A DNA stretch of 64,000 nucleotides, taken from contig NW_021832226.1 in assembly GCF_006345805.1 (NCBI RefSeq), positions 610,426 to 674,425 on the forward strand, in the 5' to 3' direction. The DNA is from Octopus sinensis (lineage: Eukaryota). Position numbers and translations under genes: made by a program. Within the stretch, counting starts at the first letter, position 1; the number at the start of each line of letters is the position of its first letter. Of the stretch, positions 51,301-64,000 are shown one piece after another. A model generated the notes under the pieces. It had not been told where the DNA came from. It saw nothing but the letters and a program-made list of their open reading frames with translations, and did no database searches.

Positions 51301-53578
51301 TATGGACTACCGAATTTGCTTAATATATTACGCAATCGAATTTATAATCTTAAGAAACGCCATATCCTCACATCTGGTATTTCCATAATTGCATAATATA
51401 ATACACAATAAATTACATCATCTCAAGTACCCCCATATCGTCACATCAAGAGATAAACCCAAATTGAATAATATATAACGCAATTTATCATATAATCTCA
51501 AGTACCCCATTATCACAAATCTAGGGATCGCCCAAAATTGCATAATATCTTAGGCAATTCAATACTTACTCAATAATGTACCCGCATATTCTCAAATCGA
51601 TGGACCGATCCAAATTGCATAATATCTATGCAATTATAATATGATCTCAAGTACCCAAATATCCCAACATCTAGGGACATCCCATAATTGCATAATATAT
51701 TGCGCAATTTATTATATAATCTAATGTACCCCCATAGTGTCACATCAAGAGATGAACCCAAATTGACTAATATATTACGCAATTCATTACATAATCTCAA
51801 GTACCCAATATCGTCACATCTAGGGATCGCCTATAATTGCATAATATTTTACCCAATTCATGACATAATCTTATGTTCCCGCATATCCTCAAATCGGGGG
51901 ACCGACCAAATTGCATAATATACTACGCAATTCATAATATAATCTCAAGTACCCCCTTATTGTCACATCAAGAGATGAACCCAAATTGAATAATATATTG
52001 CGCAATTCATTACATAATCTCAAGTACCCTAATATCCTTACATCTATGGACCACAGAATTTGCTTAATATATTACGCAATTGAATTTATAATCTTAAAAA
52101 CGTCATATCCTCACATCTGGTATTTAGATAATTGCATAATATAGTACACAATTAATGAGATCATCTCAAGTACCCCCTTATCGTCACTTCAAGAGATAAA
52201 CCCAAATTGAATAATATATAACGCAATTTATCACATAATCTCAAGTACCCCATTATCCCAAATCTAGGGATCGCCCAAAATTGCATAATATCTTAGGCAA
52301 TTCAATACTTACTCAATAATGTACCCGCATATTCTCAAATCGAGGGACCGATTCAAATTGCATAATATCTATGCAATTATAATATGATCTCAAGTACCCA
52401 AATATCCCAACATCTAGGGACATCTTATAATTGTATAATATATTGCGCAATTTATTATATAATCTCATGTACCCCCTAGTGTCACATCAAGAGATGAACC
52501 CAAATTGACAAATATATTACGCAATTCATTACATAATCTCAAGTACCCAAATATCGTCACATCTAGGAATCGCCTATAATTGCATAATATTTTACCTAAT
52601 TCATTACATAATCTAATGTTCCCGCATATCCTCAAATCGAGGGACCCACCCAAATTGCATAATATACTACGCAATTCATAATATAATCTCAAGTACCCAC
52701 ATATCCCAACATCTAGGGACCTTCCAGAATTGCATTATATATTACGTAATTCATAATATAATCTAAAGAACTCTAATATCCTCAAATCCTGTACCTCTTA
52801 AAATTGCATTATATATTACGTAATTCATTACATTATCTCAAGAAACCCCATATCGTCACATATATCGACACTCCTGAAATGGCATAATATAGTAGAATTC
52901 ATTACATAATCTCATGTACACTCATATCCTCACTTTTAGGGAATTCATATAAGTGCATAAAATATTACGCAATTCATTATATAATCTCATGTACCTTTAT
53001 ATTGTCACATCTAGGGATCACCTATAATTGCATAATATTTTACACAATTCATTACATAATCTTATGTTCCCGCATATCTTCAAATCGAGGGACCGACCCA
53101 AATTGCATAATATACTACGCAATTCATTGACTAATAAATTACGCAATTCATTACATATTCTCAATTACCCCAAATATCGTCACATCTAGGGATCGCTTAT
53201 AATTGCTAATATTTTACCCAATTCATTACATGATCTTATGTTCCCGCATATCCTCAAATCGAGGGACCGACCCAAATTGCATAATATACTACGCAATTCA
53301 TAATATAATCTCAAGTACCCACATATCCTAAAATTTAGGGAACTCCCATAATTGCATAATATATTACGCTATTCATTATATAATATCACGTACCCCTATA
53401 TCCTTTCATCTAGGGACCTCCCAGAATTGCATTATATATTTCGCAATTCATTATATAATCTAAAGTACCCCAATATCCTCAAATCTATTACCTCCCCGAT
53501 TTGCTTTATATATTACGAAATTCATTACATAATCTCAAGTCCCCTCATATCGTCACATCTAGGTACCTTTCATAATTG
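42400..53578. repeat. Satellite array of about 150 monomers of 75 bp with higher-order organisation
   Basis: Example monomer AATTCATTACATAATCTCAAGTACCCAAATATCGTCACATCTAGGGATCGCCTATAATTGCATAATATTTTACCC (75 nt). Many monomer types recur in ordered blocks. Confidence 0.97.
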
Positions 53579-53579
53579 G

Positions 53580-54892
53580 AGTCGTTTATTCCTTTTCCCA
53601 ACTTTTGCGTTGGGCTCCCCTGCTCGTGGCCTCGGTGCAGGTGGCTCCTTTGTTTCTCTCTTGAAAAAGAATATGAGTCAGTTTATGAATGGCTCTTTCG
53701 CTCCGTTCCCCTCTTATTTACCTTCTACCGCTAAGCCCTCGTCGAAAGACGGTTCTAAACGTTTACAGTCTCGGATTAACTCTTGTTTATTGTCGCATGA
53801 TGTCAGCGCGGCTGTTCGTCTTTTGTCATTTTCTGATTCTGTCCGTACAATCTCCTCCGATGTTGTTCGCATTCTTAAGGAAAAGCACCCTATGTGAAAA
53901 CCAGTAACCTTTGGCCCAATCGTCCTGTTTTCCCTTTTCTGTTTCTTCCAAACAACTTCTGGACTCCTTAAACTCCTTTAGGGGTAACAGTAGTGGAAGT
54001 ATCGACGGTCTCCGCCTTATTCATTTGAGAGACTTAATTTCCGCAAATGGGGATACCGGGAATCGCCTCTTGAATGCTTGCACTAATTTGTGCAATTTAT
54101 TCCTAAGCTGCAAAATTTCTGATCATACTAGAATTCTGTTCTTTGCCGCGAATCTTACGGCCTTGGGCAAGAAAGATGGCGGTATCAGGCCTATTGCTGT
54201 TGGAAATTTCTTTCGTCGTTTATTTGCGAAAGACTGTTGCAAGTCCGTTATTCCTTCTATTGGCGAGCAACTGCAGCCCATTCAGTTGGGTGTGGGTGTT
54301 TTTGGTGGCTGCGAGTCTTCTGTCTGTCCATGCCTGTCGTTGTTTATTCACGTTCTCTACTCGTTCCAATATTCCCCTTGCCTTATTGAAACTGGATGTA
54401 ACTAATGCTTTCAATTCTCTGGACAGTGGTCATATGTTGGAAGTCTGTCAAGACCGTGTTCCACACTTGCTTCCCTTTATATCGCTTTCGTACTCGCTTC
54501 CATCACGTTAATCGCCAGTGGTTCTTTCTCATTTCTTTCTTGTGGGCGTCCAACAGGGTGATCCTTTGGACCCATTACTGTTCGCTGTACTGTTCGCAGT
54601 ACTGTTCGCCTCCGTTCTAGTATGGATTTGGATCTGAATCTGAATCATCGTTGGACTCTGATATTGATTCGGCCCTCGCTCTTTGGAAACGCAATTTCTC
54701 TGAAGTCCCTTCTGATGTCTTTTCTCATCGAGACTGGGACAAAATTCTTTGCCGTCGATCTTCAACTGAGTTGGAACCACTTCTCGACAAACACAGACTG
54801 GCTTGTTTCCGTTCCGCCTGTCAGCCATACTCAGGCTCCTGGCTGAATGTACTCACTTCTCCGCTTTTGGATACTGTCCTCGATAGGGATTC
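53580..54892 (+). mobile_element. CRE-like RT fragment with internal deletion
   Basis: SIDGLRLIHLRDL, KKDGGIRPIAVG, QPIQLGVG, KLDVTNAFNS, GVQQGDPLDP, then a jump to the post-RT SGSWLN region. Confidence 0.85.
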
Positions 54893-55308
54893 ACCCCTTA
54901 TCGTCACATCAAGTTGCCACTGAGATATCTTTCGAGTCACTCTGTGGTCCCCAAAGGGGACAACACAATTCGCTGAGATATGCTTACTAACAATCTCGTC
55001 CACTCGAAAGAGTAGAAATAACTCGCTACTCTGTTGCTCGTGTTGTTCAGAATACGAGGGCATCCTGTAGGCATATCCTAAGCGCCATTTCTCTCCCGAG
55101 GCCAGGAGGAGCACTGAACCAGGTTGGGCCACCCATTCCTGGGCATCTTGAAAGCTCTTTCCAACATTTTGGAAAGAATTGATTTAGCCCACACTCCGGG
55201 GTTACACACCACAAAACGAAGAAAAACTTTAATGAATATTTCGCTAAAATGTGAGCTTCTCTATTTTTTGCAATAAATTTATATTTTCTATTCTGAAAGT
55301 GTAATAAT

Positions 55309-57347
55309 CAGGGTTGTTAAAAATCATGATTTTTTTCAAAAAAATCAAAAAAATCTGATTTTTTTGATTTAATCACGATTTTTTTGATTTAAATCAGATT
55401 TTTTTGAATTAAATGATCTTTATTTCAAAACGACCCTTTCCACCTGGCTTATCAGAGAACCTCTCTCTTTGTACATAAACACTGAAAAACGGCCACGCAG
55501 AGACGATCTATCGTAGTTCCTTATGTCCACCGGGATCACTTAACTAGTTTGCATTACGCTTTCTTCTTTGTGGTCTTCGGGTTAATAAATAAAAAAAATA
55601 TTTCAAAGCGAACTAAAATAAAAAACAAAAACAATGGAAATCGTTTTATTTATTTAAAGCTTGTAAATGGAAACAAGTTTGGCTGCTTTTTCGATCCCCA
55701 GCCTATTGCGTACATTTGAATGTAGAAATCCGAATGTTGAAAAGATTCTTTCTATTCCACCTGTCGAAGCAACTGCTCCAAGAATTTTTTTGCATAGTGA
55801 AATTACTTGTGAAGGTAACTGGTATGAATTCGACTCCCACCAAGCTATAGGTGATACTTTACTACTCAATTGTTTAAATGGATCAGCTTGTGCTCTGAAA
55901 TTAATCAGAGTCGGAAGTGCATATTCATAATTTGAGCACAAAACTCAATGCAATGTCAATCTCAACATTTGAAAGAGATTTCCCACTACATGTCGGGTCG
56001 ATCAAATTCGCAAGTAAGTGGAAAGGTGTTAATGCTTGTTTTTGCTCGAATTCTCACTTTTCCTAAATATTCGTACATCCATTGTCAATATATGTCTGTT
56101 CAAGTTCTTTCCAAATTTCTACAGCATGACTAATCGTGGTAGAATCATTCTGAATTTTATCTAAAGCGACAGCAATTGGTTTAATAAGCATCAGATATTC
56201 TTCAACGCGTCGTTTTAGGGAAATTTTTGGACCTTGGAAAAAATCTCTGTATCAATATCCGTTCTGTGTTCCTCACAAGTTCTCAAAATAATAGACCAAT
56301 TATCCAGATAAGATTGAAAACAGTCTGATAAAGTTTTCCACCACCGTACATCAATCGGAAGAACGAGTTTTTTTCTCTCCATTAGATTTGTACCATGCAG
56401 CTGGAAGATGGACGTTTCGGAAATATTTATTGATTGTTACAATAGTTCCTTTAACGTCCGCTACCTCGACATCCTTCACAAGAAGGTTGAGATAATGTGC
56501 CGAGCAACCATAAGTAATTATTTCATTGCCATCTTCCATCATTATCCGTCTCATTTTAGTCATGTTGGCAGCATTATCCGTTACAAGACTGCCGATTTAC
56601 ATCCAAACCGTTGTTCAGCCAATTGTGCGGAGGCTAAAGCAACAGATTGAAGATATTCCGCAGTGTGGCTATATCCAGAAGTGGTCCACAGTGTCAATGA
56701 GATAATTTTCCCCATCTGATGTCACAACCGAGACACAAATAACGGGTTCATTATGAATGTTGCTCCACCCGTCCAACATCATAGACAGTTTTGTCCTGGA
56801 GTCTTTGTCGACAGTCTTCATGTATTTGGTCGTACACATGATCAAGTAATGTACCACCAATTTGATGACGAGAGGGTAAACGATACCCAGGAAGAAGCAT
56901 TTGGACGAATTTGACAAATTCGGGATGTTCTACAGCAGCAAACGGAGTGTTTGTAGAAAATATATCTAAGCGAGTTGCAGATCCATCAAATCTTTCTTAG
57001 ATGAAGTCGTCGTAGTTACGAAATTGATTAATGAATGGTCCTTCATCCTTGGAGGAAATTCGCTTTCAGGTCTCGGCATATTTCAGGGATATCAATATTA
57101 CTTCGACATAATAATGATGCTGCCTCATCCGAGATACAAGACCTTGTATGTCCTCCCACAATTACGACATCTGGCACGGCTTCCGGTCTTTCCAGGAATA
57201 ATACGTTTATCAAAATAAGCCCACAAAGAATCACGCTTTCTTCCAGACATTAAAAAAATTTAATGATTTTTTGATTTTTTTTTAATGATTTAAATCATTG
57301 ATTTTTATTGTTGATTAAAATCAAATGATTTAAATCTAACAACCCTG
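55309..57347 (-). mobile_element. hAT transposon (BED finger, DUF659, dimerisation domain), degenerate
   Basis: CAGGGTTGTTA...TAACAACCCTG, 8-bp TSD GTAATAAT and subterminal GATTTAAATC repeats. Motifs LWAYF..CRNC, LDGWSN, GCSAHYLNLL, WWES..ERIFSTFG..RNRL. Confidence 0.92.
55430..55598 (+). mobile_element. Short retroposed insert within the hAT element
   Basis: 9-bp TSD TATTTCAAA. Tail TGGTCTTCGGGTTAATAAATAAAAAAAA resembles the SINE 3' end TGGTCTTTAATAAATAAAA. Confidence 0.7.
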
Positions 57348-57761
57348 GTAATAATAAACTTTCGAAATTTAATTAATTTTTTAAATATCATTATTTTTGA
57401 GCCTCCAAATACTATTCACAGAATTTGAATGATTTTTTACATTATCCACACAAATAAACCATTTTTTCGCCTTTAATCTCTTCGTTCGTTGGTAAATGTC
57501 ACTATCTTTGGATATTCCAAAGTATAACTGAGGCAACAAAAACGCGCAGTCAAGGATGTGGGTTTCGTTCTAAGGAGTGTCCTCAAAGGGGACAAACAGA
57601 ATAGGAATAATGGATCTCTTCGGGAGTGCTAAGTGTTGTTTTCAAAGCTTCTCTATCATCTAACTATTCTGACTGCCGTAAGACGCCTCTGACTACTTGT
57701 AGCAGCCTATACCTCTTATTTAAAATGTTCATAAGATGACATGATATTGATATAGAAATTT

Positions 57762-60700
57762 TTAATCATGTTCGGTGGCCTCCAACTCATGTTTAATAGA
57801 ATCAATGATGGAGGAGATAGTTTGAGAGACACGGCGGATAGGATCGAGAGACATCACCTACAATGGAAGATAGTGGAATATACTGGAGTGGTTGGTGCTG
57901 GAATAAGGCGCGAAATGTGCTACAATAAGAAGGAAAGGGAACCGAAAGACAGGCAGTAAGGGATTGTGTGATATTCAAAGAAGTGAGAGCCAAACAAGTG
58001 GCAAGATGAGTGGAGTGGTTGATGAGTCCAGTGTTGATAGCTCTGCGAGTTGTATAATTAGTGTAGGGGAGTGAGATAGTGTGGCGAGACGGGAGACTAT
58101 AAGTGAGTTAGGGAAGAGGACATATTTGGAGGACGTGAGAGTTTGAGAGGAGGGTGGGCAACTGAATATCGGCAGCCCAAAGATGGACAAGTTGTGTGAA
58201 GACATTGGCACACACCATTGACACTGTGAGTAATGAATCGCACACACCCGTAGTTGATGTGCCACATTTGAGTGGAATCTCAGACTTGTTGATAGTGGCG
58301 AATGCAAAGAGCAGTTGAAATAGAAATACTCGCCACTGAGTCACACTCTCCACGCTCACGTTCCAATTACCCGCATATGTAAGTCTCACCACCACGAAGG
58401 ATAAAACTGGATGTCTCGGAAGTACACACCACCACCCATATCCTTCTCCCCCGAGGGCAGAACGTGGGACACACACTCATTAAGAAAAAGAAGCGAGTTC
58501 TAGAGTACTGGATGAATGCAAACTTGGTCGACGTCGATGTCAAAGGGACAAGAACTGATTCGGAGAATGTAGTCCTTAGTGTCGTCCCACTCATTAGCCA
58601 CCACCGAGCACTCTCACCACCTGACTATAGTCGACCAACACTACCGCTGTATATTCGACGGAATCCCCTTCTCTCGAAAACACGCCAGCATCCTGTACTC
58701 CTCGCAATTCACCCTCCCACGTATCTCCACACATCGCACTCCAAATCCCCAGAACGAGTCCCTCTCCATCTTCTCGGGCGATTTCAAGTAAACTGACTTG
58801 ATACTCTTCACCGACAACACTACACTACTCTCCCCTCCACACAGCTCAACGAAAACAAACTCACACTCAAGTCCACACGCACCCTTGGGAAGGGAAATGA
58901 CTTGGGAGGGTCCGTTCGCTCATTTTTCCTTCCCCTCTTGAAAAAATCATTCTTGACGTAAGGACAGTCATGTGCAGCGAATACAATCCTCGGCTCATAT
59001 AACTACAATAAGACAACTATTCACGTCATCTGGGCAGTCATCCAACGAGACCACTCCATCACTCAAAGGGGCGACTCAACACTCTTTACAGAAGAAGTGG
59101 TCTTTTTACACATTTCTATCACACCTTCACAATCCTCACACTCCACCTTTCTATCACACCTCACAATCCTCCACACTCCACCTAGCCACCATGTCTCCAC
59201 GTCCTCTCCCGCTGCCCGTAGCATGAGGTCTATGCAGTCTCGCAATATATTGTAGTCGGGAGAGTGTCTCTGCAAACTGATATCTCGAGACTATTGAGGG
59301 TAATAGACACAACTGAGTCCCCGCCCTTCAATGACCCACCACCAGTACTTCTTGGCAGTCCCTCTTCATGTGAATCAGCGCACTTTTAATATCAATCATG
59401 TCCATGCTTAGTCTCCGCAAACAGATATCTTCCATGTATATACTGCCAGTAGAAACAAGGAGTACCAGTAGTGCCCATTGGAGGGAAACAACGATATGAA
59501 GAGGTCCAGTTTTAATGAGAAGGAAGCATCTGGTAGTACACTTCATGTTACCCGACTACATACCCTTCAAAATCAAAGGTCAAGTCCTTCAAACACAAAT
59601 GAAATGCCGTTTTGGAGTGCTCGGTGTGGTCACCGCCAGAAACGGCAGATATTTTCGTCCACTTGTCGATAAACTAAAAAATAACCAAAAAAGAATTACA
59701 GAGGTGGATAGAGGAAGAAGGAGGTGTTCCAATTGAAGAACAAAATTGTGGTCTTGCCACACAAAGAACAAGCGCGAATGTGTTTCGATATCACTAAATG
59801 CGTAGACTGATTGACTGTCCTCACGAGTGTGTGCGAATACATGCGCATTCGATAAATTGAATTGAATGACATATTGCAGATGGATACTCCCAATATCAAC
59901 CACACAGTCAATGCTGGCTGCTCCTTCCGTTGCTCGGGGAGTGCGAATATAAGGAATAAGTGTGTCCAAGTCAATATCCATGGACTGAATGTGAACTGTG
60001 AGATGTGAGTGGACGAGTTGCTCCACGACCAGTTCGGTGAGTTTGAGGGGATCGACCTCGAGAAATAACTAGTGTTGATTGGCGGAAAGTACTACTGGTT
60101 GGTCAATGTGGAATTTGCCGTTGTACAGAGTAGGAATAAGAGGGGATATAAAGGGAGTGGTAGTGTAGTGTGCCATGTTAATAGTATTCCCACTCACCAC
60201 TCTCGCCTGATGCAATGTGCCTGAGTGTGACTCTCCAACCAATACAAGCAAACTCGAGGATGTGAATGTCAGTCCTCCCTCCCTTCTTTACCAAGTGGGC
60301 CTCGCTAATGGATACCCCCCATTCACTACTGGTCACTATCCACACCCACCCGTGCAGTAATTCTGCCCTCTTAACACATACTTCACAGTCCCCACTTGCT
60401 CCGTCACTCCTCTGCTGAAGTAGGTCGAGTAATTGGTCGACTGAGTACAACACAATCGAGTCCATAAAAACAGAGAGGAAGTCTCCCTATTTGTTACAAT
60501 AAAAGAGCACATAATATTTGAGAGGTGTCCTCGCCAGTACTATCTTAGCCACCAAACAGTCATTGGTCAATACATGGACACACTCTCCCACAGTGATGGA
60601 CAGCCCCTCATTCTGAGTAATGTGAATGTCCCCAGTACTCCCTCTGTATGTGTTACCCACATGCACACTCTATTTTCGTGTCCCCCAGCAAATATGTCAC

Positions 60701-61520
60701 ACATATGTGCCCAATCTGCACACTCGCCTCGACTCTATTGCCTCTCGACTTCGGGGCTAAAGAGGACACCAGATGATGCAAGGAAGGGTTGAGCGTGACG
60801 TGGAGAGAGGGGATGGTGCATTCCACAGTCAACTAGAGGGAATATGGGAGGACAGTACTGTGCCCTCCGAGAGTGTCAGTCTCATATCCATTCGCTCAGT
60901 CGTGAGTGCCTGAGGGAGTCAATTAATGTGTCACCATCCCATCAGTCGATTGAATCCCCACATCACTCAAGGATACAATCTTGTCGACCAGCGAGTTGGT
61001 AATGTGTGGAGTGGATACCCCAATTCTGTAAATGTCCATTAATTGTGCTCACTCTCTTATTCGTATAGTCAAGAATGAGCATTGCATTTTCACCTCCCAT
61101 GTCACATTATTTATATTCACAATTATTCCTTTCATTACTAACAATAGATTGTCCATTCATACTTGAATAGAACAGGTCTGTTATGCTCTCCACCGTGTCT
61201 TCAACCATGTCCTGTCTTCTGAGCGGACACGATCTTGCAGAGGTGACTGTGCTCTGCAATGCCAGTCCCTCGATTGTCCACGTCCAGTGCTTCCCGAACG
61301 ATATTTCGATCCCCTTCACTCTCCCACCCGATAATGAGTGCCGTACGCCCGCCTTTTCCAACTCCTCGTTTATTTTTGGCACGTTCAAGTCCAGGTTGCT
61401 TAGGCATATTCCCCCACTCACGTTTAGACTGAACTCCTCCCCCAAAATGAAGTATCCACTCAGCACTGTGTTCACCAAACATTTTTGTGCTTCTCTTAGT
61501 TTGTTGTTAATGTAATTCAT
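57762..61520 (-). CDS. ATG2: Autophagy lipid-transfer protein ATG2, shortened, multi-intron
   Basis: Chorein-N-like start (LSNLDLNVPKINEEL..GGRVKGIEIS). C-terminal LVHLWAADIQLPTLL and LPYTNY..INTGL..LALTSLNITQSL match the ATG2 C-terminal helices. Internal exons not fully resolved; stop inferred. Confidence 0.72.
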
Positions 61521-61625
61521 TACACAAAGTGATTATATTTATTAATTTTCACGACTTAATCATTATCAATATTAATATATTGTTTCCCCACTTTACAGTC
61601 CCATCAAATTCATCCAAACAAACTT

Positions 61626-61970
61626 TCCTTTGGCTGAAGCTTTAGCTATGAATAATGGATTTGAACAGTCGTGGGTTCGAACCTGAAGGAGGCTAGTTTC
61701 CAGCTGTGGTCAATTCTCGTTATCGTTCCCCTGCCCGCGAAGGGACGAGTCCTTCTGGCACGACGCAGTCGAAAATGGGGATCTCTTACCTTCCGGCCTT
61801 AGCGTGGCGTTATGGGGTCCACCATGTCAGGTGGAACTTCCAATTGGATATGGAAACGCTCAGGAGGCACTTAATGCCTTCGAAAAATGACTTCTAGGAC
61901 TCTGACCCTGGGACATCGTCGTCCAGACCGATCATTGTGGGCAGGATCGAACCTTTCAGAAGGATCCCTC
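61626..61970 (+). mobile_element. tRNA-headed SINE, copy 2 (3'-truncated)
   Basis: Colinear with 37263-37612; B-box GGTTCGAACC. Confidence 0.8.
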
Positions 61971-62071
61971 GTCGCTTGCAGCACATTCCAATAGACTTAA
62001 TTACAAAACAAAATCGCCCTTTTAATCATTTTTACAAGGTTTTTACTACAATAAAAGAATTTTAATAATAG

Positions 62072-62945
62072 TTGATTCGCCAATCTCCGGTGGAGGGATA
62101 TCCACTGTTATCACCGATAGGAAACGTGATTCAGTCCTTCGACCTCTATGCACACATTGGGCTATTCCTCATTAAAAACTACCTTTGTATCCCGCGTTTC
62201 ACCTACTTACTCCGTTCATCCCTGTGTTTCCGGGAACCCGACCTGTTGTCTGACCTGTATTTTATTATCTGGGTGTCTGTCGATAAATTACTCATTTTTA
62301 ACTTCTCTGGAGACAAACTTACTCGTGCAATGTTACGTCTACGATTTGGTGGTATTGGTATCCAATCGTGCATGGATATCTCTATGCCTTGCTACATATC
62401 TTCGCTTTTGGCATCGAAAAATTTTGTCAATTCTGTTCTTTTTTCCTCTCCTGAACATTTCGAACTGACTGAATTTTCTTCTGCTTTCAAAGTTTGGACT
62501 GCATCTGGTTTTGCCATCCCAGAGCTGGATCATTTTCAAAAAGTTGGGATTCCATTCGGTATATAAAAATCGTAAAATCCCTGAAAACAAGCTCAGATCA
62601 AATTGAACTCTTCTCAATGAACGCAGCCGCGCAACCACACTCAGGGGATTGGTTGAATTCCTTCCCACTATCCTCAGCCAGGTTTACTCTTGGATGATGA
62701 GTCAGTTCGACTCGGTACCTGTCTACGACTCGGAATCCCTCTTTGCCACCCCCATCCGTGCAAGTGTGGGTAGTTGATAGACTCGGATGGGCTTCACCCT
62801 CTTTCCTGGCGGTTAAGCGCTGGAGGTACCCCGAGACAGTCGAGTTTTAACAACTTCGTCAAACGGGGCCTTAATGCCGCAGGCCTCACTTCGGTTCTGG
62901 AGCCCATTAGTCTTGATCGCGAAAACGGTAAAAGTCCGGATAGAG
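62072..62945 (+). mobile_element. CRE-like fragment (post-RT to RLE start)
   Basis: IPRFTYLLRSS, RFGGIGI, SGDWLN..P, C.C...DSDGLHPLS, VLEPISLDRENGKSPD. Confidence 0.85.
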
Positions 62946-63537
62946 TGCAAGTGTGTTCGAGGGATTGTCGAGGAAGGAATTGGGGTCTGGCTGGTAGAAA
63001 ACTGTGAGCAGATGACTAAACTGTGGGAAACACTCGGAATACTCAAATCGACACTCGAGTATGTGAGTAACATTTCCCAGTCCTCGGTTGGTTGGACGAC
63101 TGGTGGACATTTGCTGAGGATATGAACAGTACTCCGTATTTTTGGGAGACCAAGCAGGAGAGCATCAGAAAGTTTATGTCTCCAGAAACTCAGTCTGGAT
63201 GAACAGGATGTATTTTATGTGAGCAATGACAGAACGGACAAACACTGCGGCACGAATATAATCACGCTTATCTACCACACGTACTTCACTTGAAAGCTCC
63301 ATCTCTCCACAGGTCTTCGGCAGACTTCATATTTTCACAATGCCACGACTGATCAAATCGAAATAATCAGATCGAATGTCGACAAGTTCAAGGGATTGTA
63401 CAGGATGCTGATTTAAGCATATTAAAAACCGCCTGTTTTAATCGGTACGTTTAAGAAATAAAACAGTTTACAATCTAGATAAATTATATCGGTGAATAAG
63501 AAATAATTGGATTAAAAACAAAAACATCTTCAGTCAT

Positions 63538-64000
63538 TCATTCCATTTCATAGTGTGATTGGTAGGATTTTACTAACAAATAAAAATTATCTAAACAACC
63601 ATATGTGTTGTCAGTTGGGATATAAAAAACAAGAGCAGGCTCAAAACGGTATTTCAACAAAATTCGGCTATTATGCAAACCATTAAAAAATACTCGTAAA
63701 ATAAATCTCCAACACTCTTGCCAAGTTCTATCAATCGTCGTTGCCTTATCAAATTGTACATACTGAGAGGAATAGTAGCATCATAATTGAGGTTACTGGT
63801 TACATAACAGCATACAAACCGGTATGCAGGGGACAAGAGAGTGAACCCTCTCAGCATATGATCTTCCGGAAGGGCAACATTGAGAGGACTTGTTAAATTC
63901 CGACGAGTATGTTCAGCTAATATATTGAGATAAGCACACAAATCTGACCAAAATCTACATTCAGAGAACTACATAATACTTGTTGGGAAATATTGGGTAG
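63538..64000 (-). CDS. 3' end of an Est1/SMG5-6-7-family NMD factor (SMG7-like, no PIN domain seen)
   Basis: ALPEDHMLRGFTLLSPAY followed by IRQRRLIELG. Three 24-27 nt introns lead to a stop at 63538. Confidence 0.65.

Noticed and set aside
42400-53578. CRISPR array
   Set aside because: The variable segments are homologous to each other and recur in blocks; there are no cas genes and the context is eukaryotic.
42367-53578. Short ORFs across the array as real genes
   Set aside because: They follow from the 75-bp period; every frame examined meets recurrent stops or frameshifts.
54914-55260. GC-richer segment with a minus-strand ORF
   Set aside because: No identifiable homology; the ORF runs into satellite and CRE sequence.
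62945-63420. Coding-like segment fused to the CRE fragment
   Set aside because: It may be a host gene remnant, but I could not identify a frame or family.

Overview
AT-rich eukaryotic, almost certainly animal, DNA read in the standard code. The ORF track fragments the real genes because nearly every gene is split by ultra-short (mostly 22-31 nt) spliceosomal introns. This architecture is reported for dicyemid mesozoans, but the taxon is my inference. Splicing by hand gives SNX1/2, POLE4, a GATA4/5/6-type factor, ACLY, an ERM protein, a miniaturised PMS2 head-to-head with RPS3, AP-1 sigma, a shortened ATG2, the 3' end of an Est1/SMG7-like gene and a Rho pseudogene. Intergenic space is a patchwork of mobile DNA: pogo/Tigger, hAT, Tc1/IS630-like and Ginger-like DNA transposons; CRE-, R4-, Ingi- and Jockey/CR1-type non-LTR retroelements; and a tRNA-headed SINE. 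The most unusual features are: (1) an 11.2-kb array of about 150 75-bp monomers with a 24-bp dyad, variable higher-order blocks and an LRR-like minus-strand translation; (2) a CRE insertion with a poly(A) 3' end at both termini inside one target-site duplication; (3) frequent weak GC-AG introns plus one intron with no AG acceptor; (4) three events stacked within about 50 bp of one pogo end. All annotation was done by eye with no database searches.
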